Positions 56,570 through 64,000 of a stretch of DNA of 64,000 bases are shown piece after piece. Numbering within the stretch: position 1 is the stretch's first letter; every line of letters begins with the position of its first letter. Position numbers and translations under genes: made by a program. This DNA is from an uncultured delta proteobacterium (GTDB lineage Bacteria > Myxococcota_A > Polyangia > Palsa-1104): the NCBI GenBank assembly GCA_963785725.1, contig CAWAWS010000020.1, forward strand, positions 1 to 64,000, written 5' to 3'. The notes beneath the pieces were generated by a model. It did not search any database. It was not told the DNA's origin and saw nothing but the letters and a program-made list of their open reading frames with translations.

Positions 56570-57850
56570 TTACTTGGTGCAGCCGATTGGATATTTGTCG
56601 ACCGCGAAGTCGTCGAGATAAATGTCGTGCTCGGCCGACGCCGCCGTTCCCGCTAAGCCGATGCCGACCGCGCTGAAGGCCGGGCTGGGCGCGAGCGGCT
56701 CCACGAACGTCAACGCGCTCACTTCGGCGCCATTGACGTAGGCTTTGGCAAAGCCGTCGGTGGCGCTATGGATGTGCCATTCGAGGCAGACCCATTGATT
56801 GGTCGGCATCGTCGGCGTCGTCGCGGTCGTCGTCGTGGTGCTCGTCGACACGCTATTCGTGGTCGCGAATGAGCCGCCGACGAGGTTGAGGTTGATCGCC
56901 TTATGCGGCGACGCCGCCTGCTCGACGGTCAAGATGGTGACGCTGGCCGGGTCGAAGCCCGACAGCACGTAGGCAAACACGCGCACATATAGATCGGGCA
57001 GCGGCACGGCGATCGTCTCCACCACTTGCCCCGTCGCCGATCCGCCGGACGAAATCGAATTCACTTCGGCGTGCAGCGAGTAGTTGCCGCGATGAATGTA
57101 ATTGGGCGTAGTGCTCACGAAGCCATTCGTTTGATAGGTCGTCCAAGTCGCGCCCGTAATGCCATTCTCGAAGCCGTCGGCGACAATTGGAATGTTCGCC
57201 ATATCGTCGCTCGGCGGCGTCAGCAGATCGACGCCGACGAACTTGGCCATGTCGACCACGATCGGCGCCTTCGCCATGTCTTGCGGCGGCGGCGGATTCA
57301 ACGTCGTTGCCAAGTCGTCGCCCGGCTTCACGGTGATTACGCTCAGATCCTGCTCGACGGGCACGACGCTTTGATCGCCCGGCGGCGGCGGCGCCAAATC
57401 GAAGCCGCCTCCGTCGCCCGAGCACGCGTCGCCGCCACCCTGCCCGTCGCTGTTCTGCTGATCGGGATCGGGCACCGTCGGGCAATCGTCGACGATATCG
57501 GGCACGCCGTCGCCGTCGCTGTCGAGCGTGTCGCTCTGCAAAGTCAGCGTCTGCGTCACGTTCGTCAGCGGGAAATAATCGAAGCGCACGCCGGCGAGCA
57601 GCAGCGGATCGGCGGCCGCGGCGGCGACGCGAACGGCCTGGGGAGTCGCGGGCATGCCGGCGATCGTCAAGCGTCCGGGCAAGTGCGGATGATCGAAGCT
57701 GCTGCGGCCCATCAAGCCGTAAGCATTGAAGACCGAGACCGTGACCGCGGCCGGCGCCGTCTTCTCACCATTGTCGACGTCGACGACGAGCGCCTGCTCG
57801 GCACCGCCGCAACCGACGCAAAACAGCGCAATCCAGGCAAAGAGACGCAC
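56570..57850 (-). CDS. Lipoprotein with a thrombospondin type-3 repeat and a C-terminal jelly-roll/lyase-like domain
   Basis: CVGC lipobox; DSDGDGVPDIVDDCPTVPDPDQ...GDAC; D(L/M)A linker repeats; NQWVCLEWHI...IYLDDF. Confidence 0.75.
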   Translation of the reverse strand: MRLFAWIALFCVGCGGAEQALVVDVDNGEKTAPAAVTVSVFNAYGLMGRSSFDHPHLPGRLTIAGMPATPQAVRVAAAAADPLLLAGVRFDYFPLTNVTQTLTLQSDTLDSDGDGVPDIVDDCPTVPDPDQQNSDGQGGGDACSGDGGGFDLAPPPPGDQSVVPVEQDLSVITVKPGDDLATTLNPPPPQDMAKAPIVVDMAKFVGVDLLTPPSDDMANIPIVADGFENGITGATWTTYQTNGFVSTTPNYIHRGNYSLHAEVNSISSGGSATGQVVETIAVPLPDLYVRVFAYVLSGFDPASVTILTVEQAASPHKAINLNLVGGSFATTNSVSTSTTTTTATTPTMPTNQWVCLEWHIHSATDGFAKAYVNGAEVSALTFVEPLAPSPAFSAVGIGLAGTAASAEHDIYLDDFAVDKYPIGCTK

Positions 57851-58047
57851 TTGCCGGTGGAGTGTGCCTGTCCGCGAGGCCGATCGTCAAAAGATCTGCG
57901 CCAACAAATGTTGAGTCGCGCGTCCAACCACTGGTCCGACCACCGCCCACGCTCGGCGCGACACGACGGCCCAACCTGCGATTGCCACTCGGTAGCGTGA
58001 CGCACCGACTCGTCGCACATTGTCTCACGGTAGAGACAAACGAGCGG

Positions 58048-59388
58048 CTACTGAATCCCGACGGTGCCGACTTCGGCGTGCGTCAGCGTCTCCCAATCCA
58101 TCATGTGATCTTGCCAAGTGGGGCGAATCTGACCGATCAGCTTGGACGTTTGCGGTAGCGCCATTCCCAGTCGATTAGACAGCGCGTTGAAACCAATCTC
58201 CCACATTGCGTCGGCGGTCACGGCATTCAAATCGACGCCGCAGACCGCGGTCGTATTCGCCTTCGTTCCATTGATGTACTGCGCGTGAAATTCATAGCCC
58301 GCGGCCATTCGCGTCTTCTCGAGGCTATACAGGTCGACGCCTTGAATACGCGCCGTCTCGGCCGCGTTCGTCATCGAGGCAAAGCCATACTGCACGTGAC
58401 CCAAATCGCGGCAGGTCTCTTGCGCCATTCCATTTAGATAAGCGGGCGCGTTGTACCAAAAGCCGTTCAACGCCGAGGCCGAATTCTTATCGCCGGTTTC
58501 CGGCGGCACCGGCGTGGCGCCGTCGCTGGTCAAGTAGATATAAGCGGGCACGCGCTTCTTCCACATGGCCACCGCGCCGTCGAAGATCGATTGATCGTCG
58601 AGATAGATGCCGATGCCCATCGTCGCTTCGATCATTGCCAATTCCCAGTTGCCATTGGAGTTGGAGCCATTGACGACTTCGGGCAAATAGACGTTCTTGA
58701 GCATGTTGCCAAAGGTGGTCGCGTCGTCGCTGCTCCAACCCGTATAGGTGTAGCGAATGATCTCGCCGGCGCGCGGCCAGAGCGAGCCGGCCCACGCCGA
58801 CTCGAGCGGCGCATTGGACAGATCGTGCTTCGTGATCGTCGAGGCCCACGCGTTCATGATCTGCACGGCTTTTTGCGCGTGCGCGACGTCGCCGCCGTAA
58901 TAATAGAGGAGCGCGTGCGTATACGCGGCCGCCGAGTCATTCTTCTCGTCGGTGCAGCCGATATCGGGGTTCGACACCGGGCCGCACTGCACGTCGGCGA
59001 TGGGATGCGGCGTGTAGCTCGGCGACGCCAGCGAGCTGGCGACGGCCGCGTTGTATGCCGACAGCCATGGGTCCTTCTTGGCCGCGATCTGCGCTTTGAC
59101 GAAGTCGAGCTGCGCCTGGTCGACGAGCACGCCGGGATGCACGAAGCCGGCGGGCGCGCTGCCGGCGCCACCGCCGGCGCCACCGTCGCTGCCACCGGCG
59201 CTGCCGCCGTCGTCGCTGCCGCTGCCGTCGCCGCCGGCCGCGCTCGAGCCGCCGGCCGCGCGGCCGCCCCCGCCGCTGCCGAGACCGCCGCCGCTGCCGC
59301 CGCGCGAGTTGTCGCCGGCCGAGATGGCGCCGCCGCAGCCGCCGGCGAGCAGACAGACGAAGACGGTGAACAGCCGGCGATGCAGCAC
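58048..59388 (-). CDS. Alginate-lyase-family lipoprotein
   Basis: FVHPGVL, NGNWE, QETCRDLGH and WETLTH motifs; AGGC lipobox and Gly/Ser linker. Confidence 0.8.
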   Translation of the reverse strand: MLHRRLFTVFVCLLAGGCGGAISAGDNSRGGSGGGLGSGGGGRAAGGSSAAGGDGSGSDDGGSAGGSDGGAGGGAGSAPAGFVHPGVLVDQAQLDFVKAQIAAKKDPWLSAYNAAVASSLASPSYTPHPIADVQCGPVSNPDIGCTDEKNDSAAAYTHALLYYYGGDVAHAQKAVQIMNAWASTITKHDLSNAPLESAWAGSLWPRAGEIIRYTYTGWSSDDATTFGNMLKNVYLPEVVNGSNSNGNWELAMIEATMGIGIYLDDQSIFDGAVAMWKKRVPAYIYLTSDGATPVPPETGDKNSASALNGFWYNAPAYLNGMAQETCRDLGHVQYGFASMTNAAETARIQGVDLYSLEKTRMAAGYEFHAQYINGTKANTTAVCGVDLNAVTADAMWEIGFNALSNRLGMALPQTSKLIGQIRPTWQDHMMDWETLTHAEVGTVGIQ

Positions 59389-59635
59389 GAGTCGCTCCTT
59401 TTGCGCGGCGAAGTTGAACGACCGGATACAATTGCCAGAAGCAATCCAGCCCGAGCCGCGGCGTAAGTGGCTGCAACTGCTGCCGAACGCTCTGTCTCGA
59501 CGATGAGACGACTCCTCGGTTGTCCACGCGCTGTTTACGGGCCGACGTGTGGTTTCGCGGCGATGCGCACCTACCTTTTGGCGATCGATTACAGTGACGC
59601 GCGGGCATCGCGCCAAACGAGAACGGAGCGCACGC

Positions 59636-61105
59636 ATGATCGAGCTGAGGAATTCGCGGCTGTTCGTCGAGGCCAACTATGTCGGCGGCGCATGGACGCA
59701 GAGCGAGCGGCGCGCGGCGGTCATCGACCCGGCGACGGGCGCGACGCTGGCGTCGGTGCCTGACGCCGGCGCCGACGAGGCGCGCGCCGCCATCGCCGCG
59801 GCGCACGCGGCATTTCCCGCGTGGCGCGCCAAGACCGCCGCCGAGCGCGCGACGATCATGCGCAAGCTGTCGTCGCTGGTGACGGAAAACATCGAGGATT
59901 TGGCGCGCATACTCACGTCGGAGCAAGGCAAGCCGCTGGCCGAGGCGCGCGGCGAGATTGGCATGTCGGCGGCCTATGTCTTGTGGTTCGCCGAGGAGGC
60001 GCGCCGCGTCTACGGCGACGTCGTGCCGTCGCCGTGGCGCGACCATCGCGTCTTGGTCACGCGCGAAGCCGTCGGCGTCGTGGGCGCGATTACGCCCTGG
60101 AACTTCCCGTCGTCGATGATCGCGCGCAAGCTCGGTCCGGCGCTCGCCGCCGGCTGTACGATGGTGTTGAAGCCGGCGCCGCAGACGCCGCTCTCGGCGC
60201 TGGCGTGGAGCGTGTTGTGCGCCGACGCCGGCGTTCCGGCGGGCGTCTTCAACGTCGTCACCGGCGACGCGCGCGCCATCGGCGGCGAGCTGACGTCGAG
60301 CCCGCTGGTCAAGAAGATCACGTTCACCGGATCGACCGCGGTCGGCAAGCTGCTGCTCGCGCAAGCCGCCGGCAGCGTCAAGAAGGTGTCGATGGAGCTC
60401 GGCGGCAACGCGCCCTTCATCGTGTTCGATGACGCCGATATCGCGCGCGCCGTCAAAGGCGCGGTGGCCGCGAAATATCGAAACTCGGGGCAAACCTGCG
60501 TCTGCACCAATCGATTCCTCATTCAAGACGGCATTTATGACGAATTCGCCGAGCGGATATCGAAAGCAGTCGGTGCATTGAAGGTCGGCAATGGCTTCGC
60601 AGACGGCGTCGACAATGGGCCGCTCATCAATGCGGCGGCAGTGGTCAAAGTAGAGGCGCACTTATCCGACGCGCTCGCCAAAGGCGCGAAGGTCATTCGC
60701 GGCGGCCATCGTCACGCGCTCGGCGGGACCTTCTTCGAGCCGACGGTGCTCATCGACGCCACGCCGCAGATGACGATCGCCAAAGAAGAGACCTTCGGGC
60801 CGATAGCGCCGCTCTTTCGTTTCCAAGACGAGGCCGAAGCGATCGCCATGGCCAATGACACCGAATACGGCCTCGCTTCTTACTTTTACACGCGCGATTT
60901 GGGCCGCGCGTTTCGCGTCTCGTCGGCGCTCGAATATGGAATGGTCGGCATCAACGAGGGGCTGATTACGACGGAAGTGGCGCCTTTCGGCGGCGTAAAA
61001 CAATCGGGCGTCGGCCGCGAAGGCTCTTATCAGGGCATCGAAGATTATCTCGATACGAAATATCTGTGCATTGGCGGGCTCGACGATCCCGACCGTGCTG
61101 CTTAG
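59636..61105 (+). CDS. gabD: NAD(P)-dependent succinate-semialdehyde dehydrogenase
   Basis: ITPWNFP, FTGST, MELGGNAP, GQTCVC, EETFGP and PFGGVKQSG motifs. Confidence 0.9.
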   Translation: MIELRNSRLFVEANYVGGAWTQSERRAAVIDPATGATLASVPDAGADEARAAIAAAHAAFPAWRAKTAAERATIMRKLSSLVTENIEDLARILTSEQGKPLAEARGEIGMSAAYVLWFAEEARRVYGDVVPSPWRDHRVLVTREAVGVVGAITPWNFPSSMIARKLGPALAAGCTMVLKPAPQTPLSALAWSVLCADAGVPAGVFNVVTGDARAIGGELTSSPLVKKITFTGSTAVGKLLLAQAAGSVKKVSMELGGNAPFIVFDDADIARAVKGAVAAKYRNSGQTCVCTNRFLIQDGIYDEFAERISKAVGALKVGNGFADGVDNGPLINAAAVVKVEAHLSDALAKGAKVIRGGHRHALGGTFFEPTVLIDATPQMTIAKEETFGPIAPLFRFQDEAEAIAMANDTEYGLASYFYTRDLGRAFRVSSALEYGMVGINEGLITTEVAPFGGVKQSGVGREGSYQGIEDYLDTKYLCIGGLDDPDRAA

Positions 61106-61149
61106 TGTTCGCCGACCTCGACAGCGCTCGTATCGCCGGAGCTTCTGCA

Positions 61150-62313
61150 ATGAACGCTCATCATCCGTTTGGTCTGCGCTTGGTCTTGATCCTCATGATG
61201 AGCCTGGCCGCCGCCGACGCCGGCGCGGCGGCGAGCGACTGTCCCATTGTCGCGGGCAGCGCCGCGGTACTGCAGCCCGGCGCGCATCTGCTGCTCGGCG
61301 AGGTCCACGGCACGCGCGAGCTTCCGCGCGTCGTCGCCGATCTGGCGTGCGCGGCTGCGAAAATGGGGCCGCTGCGCGTCGGCTTGGAGATCGCGGCCGC
61401 CGAGCAGGCGCGGCTCGATGCCTTCATCGCGTCGCCCGGCCGCGCCATCGACCGCGATCGACTGCATGAAGACAGCGACTTTTGGAGCGGCACGTTTCAA
61501 GACGGGCGGCGCAGCGAGGCCATGCTGGCGCTGTTGGAGGCATTGCGGCAGCTGCGGCAACAGGGCGCAGACGTGCGCGTCATCGCGTACGACGGCGATC
61601 CCGGTAAGGACCGCGACTTGGCGATGGCGACCGTCTTGGAGAACGCCTTCAAAGCCGAGCCGCGCGCGACGTTTCTCGTGCTGTCGGGCAACTTACATGC
61701 GCGTAAAACGGGGCTGCGCTTGAAGCAGACGTTCATGGCCGGCTATCTCGTCGAGAGCGGCGCCGCCTTGACGACGCTCGACGCGCGCTTCGGCGTCGGA
61801 ACGGCGTGGGCCTGCTTCGGCCCGCAGCCGACCGATTGCGGGCCGAACGTCCGCAGCGCGGGCGGCACGGGCAAGACGCGCGGGATTACGCTCGGCCGCA
61901 CGGCCGATGGCGCTTACGACGGCACGTTCGAGGTCGGCACGACGACCTATTCGCCGCCGGCGTTCGTCCAGCCGTCCTCGATTCAAGCGGCGCGCATTCC
62001 ACTCTTACCGCAGCAGATCGAGGCCAAGATCGCCGTCGAGGGCAAGCAGTTTCGTCGCTGCGCCGAGATTCAGGGCGCGCTGGCCAAGCGCGACGTCGAG
62101 CATTACAGCGAACACGCCTACTACGCCGCCTGCTGTTATGCGCAAGCGGGCGAGGTCGACCGGGCGTTCGCGCAATTGTCGGACGCGCTCGATCGCGGCC
62201 CCGTCGACGCGGTGCTGGCGGCCGGCGATCGCGATTTGCAGTCGCTGCACGCCGATCCGCGCTGGAGCCCGCTCATGACGCGCTTACGCGCACAAAAGCC
62301 GGCGTCGCACTAA
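61150..62313 (+). CDS. Secreted protein with an EreA/ChaN-like N-terminal domain and a C-terminal TPR
   Basis: LLGEVHGT and LSGNLHA motifs; YYAACCYAQAG...DLQSLHADPRW. Confidence 0.6.
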   Translation: MNAHHPFGLRLVLILMMSLAAADAGAAASDCPIVAGSAAVLQPGAHLLLGEVHGTRELPRVVADLACAAAKMGPLRVGLEIAAAEQARLDAFIASPGRAIDRDRLHEDSDFWSGTFQDGRRSEAMLALLEALRQLRQQGADVRVIAYDGDPGKDRDLAMATVLENAFKAEPRATFLVLSGNLHARKTGLRLKQTFMAGYLVESGAALTTLDARFGVGTAWACFGPQPTDCGPNVRSAGGTGKTRGITLGRTADGAYDGTFEVGTTTYSPPAFVQPSSIQAARIPLLPQQIEAKIAVEGKQFRRCAEIQGALAKRDVEHYSEHAYYAACCYAQAGEVDRAFAQLSDALDRGPVDAVLAAGDRDLQSLHADPRWSPLMTRLRAQKPASH

Positions 62314-62432
62314 CACTTCGCGCGTCATCGCCTGCGCGGCGTCAGCTGTTGCCGAATGCCCGCGACTCGCCACGCGGCCGTCCGCCCAACGATCGATCGC
62401 CGCGTGCGCGAAGGGCGCGGCGGACCGCCTGC

Positions 62433-62879
62433 TTAGCCGAAGTCGACGGGCGTGGCGAACGCCGCCAGGACCTTCTGAACGATCCGATCGAAGTCATCGA
62501 CATCGCGATCTTCGAGCGCCGCCACGACGCGTGCGGCGATCTGTCCGTGCAGCTTCTCGACGCGCGCCTGCGCGCGCTTGCCCGGCGCCGCCAGCTCGAG
62601 CACGTATTCGCGCCGATCCTCGGCGCTGCGCTTGCGTCGCACGAGGCCACGCGCCACCAGCGCCGACAACACGCGACCGGTCAGCGTCGGGTCGGTGCTC
62701 GTCGCGCGCGCCAGCTCGGCTTGCGAAATGCCGCTCTGCCGCCCGATCTGGCGCAAGAACTTGGCCTGCGTCGCGCCCATGTCGGCCGTCGCGTAGGCCT
62801 GCGCCGCGACCGCGCTCAGACAGCGCTTGAGCGCGCTGAACCGATCGATGAATTCATTGGGGTCGCGCCGCCGAGCCAT
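62433..62879 (-). CDS. MarR-family regulator
   Basis: ISQAELA...LVRRKRSAEDRREYVLEL. Confidence 0.9.
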   Translation of the reverse strand: MARRRDPNEFIDRFSALKRCLSAVAAQAYATADMGATQAKFLRQIGRQSGISQAELARATSTDPTLTGRVLSALVARGLVRRKRSAEDRREYVLELAAPGKRAQARVEKLHGQIAARVVAALEDRDVDDFDRIVQKVLAAFATPVDFG

Positions 62880-62929
62880 CCTTTCCAATTACTGCAAGCG
62901 CAACAACCGTGCAACAAACGGGCGGCCCG

Positions 62930-62969
62930 TTGACAAAGATATACCCGTCTACTATATTCATGGACGGGT
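62930..62969 (+). promoter_or_regulatory. Sigma70 promoter overlapped by a candidate MarR operator
   Basis: TTGACA (62930-62935), 17-nt spacer, TATATT (62953-62958); inverted repeat ACCCGTC (62943-62949)/GACGGGT (62963-62969) flanking the -10. Confidence 0.8.
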
Positions 62970-62975
62970 CTACTG

Positions 62976-64000
62976 ATGAAGCCGCCGTCCCATCGCGACG
63001 CTCCGCCGACCGCGCCCACGAACGACGCGGCCACGAGCGCCGCCGCGGACCCGCCGAGCGACGGCGGCGCGAAAGCGGCCGCGCAGGCATCGGGCGACGT
63101 CGGCAAAGGCACGCGCAGCGACGACGCCGACGTCGCGCCCATCGAAGGCGCGCTCTTGCGCGTGCTGCTCGTCGCCAGCGTCGGCTCCTTCCTGCTCAAC
63201 CTGAGCTCGACGACGGTCAACCTGGCCATCGACAAGCTGATGGTCGATCTACGCGCGCCTTTGCCGGTGATGCAGTGGATCGTGACCGGCTACCTCTTGT
63301 CGATGACGCTCGTGCTGCCGTCGTTTCGCTGGGCCGTCGAGCGCTTGGGCTCGCGCCGTCTCTACGTCGCCTGTCTCCTCGGCTTCACGGTCACGTCGCT
63401 CGCCTGCGCCGCCGCCTGGTCGGCGTCGAGCCTCATCGCCTTTCGCGTGCTGCAAGGCGCCGTCGGCGGCCTGTTGGCGCCGCTGACGCAGACGCTCGTC
63501 GCGCAAATCGCCGGGCCGAAACGGATGGGACGCGCCGTCAGCATCATGTCGATCCCCGTCCTCATCGCGCCCGTGCTCGGCCCGGTGTTGGGCGGGCTGG
63601 TCGTGCAGCGGCTCACGTGGCGCTGGCTCTTCGTCTTCAACGTTCCCTTCGGCGTCGTCGGCGCCTGGCTGGCGCAGCGCCGCTTACCGACGGGCGAGAC
63701 CGCCTCGCGCACGGCGCTCGACGTCCGCGGCCTCCTCCTCTTGTCGCCGGGGATCGCGCTCTTTACCTACGGCGTCTCGGCGTTCGGCCGCGCCAAAGGC
63801 TTACCGCCGCGCGTCTATCTGCCGCTCGTCGCCGCGCTGGCGCTGGTCGCCGGCTTCGTCGCCTATGCGCGCAAACGACCGAAGACGGCGCTGCTCGATC
63901 TCAGCTTGTTTAGACATCGCGCCATCAGCGCCGCGCTCGTCACCTATCTCTTCGCCAGCTTCGGCAGCTTCGGCGCGCAGCTGGTCATGCCGCTTTACTA
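62976..64000 (+). CDS. DHA2/EmrB-like MFS efflux transporter (runs off the window)
   Basis: Not in the ORF track; reads MQWIVTGYLL, FRVLQGAVGG, APVLGPVLGG and WRWLFVFNVPFG. Confidence 0.9.
   Translation, partial: MKPPSHRDAPPTAPTNDAATSAAADPPSDGGAKAAAQASGDVGKGTRSDDADVAPIEGALLRVLLVASVGSFLLNLSSTTVNLAIDKLMVDLRAPLPVMQWIVTGYLLSMTLVLPSFRWAVERLGSRRLYVACLLGFTVTSLACAAAWSASSLIAFRVLQGAVGGLLAPLTQTLVAQIAGPKRMGRAVSIMSIPVLIAPVLGPVLGGLVVQRLTWRWLFVFNVPFGVVGAWLAQRRLPTGETASRTALDVRGLLLLSPGIALFTYGVSAFGRAKGLPPRVYLPLVAALALVAGFVAYARKRPKTALLDLSLFRHRAISAALVTYLFASFGSFGAQLVMPLY

Overview
High-GC bacterial chromosomal window. A MYXO-CTERM-like sorting tail, many sigma54-type promoters and Cys-rich lipoproteins point to Myxococcota, probably Polyangia-like (inference). 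Positions 1-3306 are the right end of an integrative element inserted at the 3' end of a tRNA-Val(CAC) gene. The element carries two genes sharing an unrecognised C-terminal helical domain, a sigma-region-2/excisionase-like HTH fusion, and a tyrosine integrase whose frame runs through repeated 12-bp arm-like sites into the tRNA. The remainder looks like host accessory genome. It includes a Gld-like ABC system, a SWIM-ligase-WGR DNA ligase, a cobalamin riboswitch with a TonB-fused receptor, and an Mla/Pqi-like operon. An ECF sigma/YciI pair has its promoter motif repeated before a DUF899 operon. A sigma54 two-component system shares a 20-bp upstream motif with an OmpA-protease-CLC-coiled-coil operon. 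Further right are an orphan bufferin-like precursor, a giant surface protein with 30 repeats, an aegerolysin-like/B-lectin fusion, gabD and a MarR/MFS pair. Several single-base frameshifts suggest long-read assembly indels, so pseudogene calls are provisional. All family assignments come from motif recognition by eye; no searches were run.
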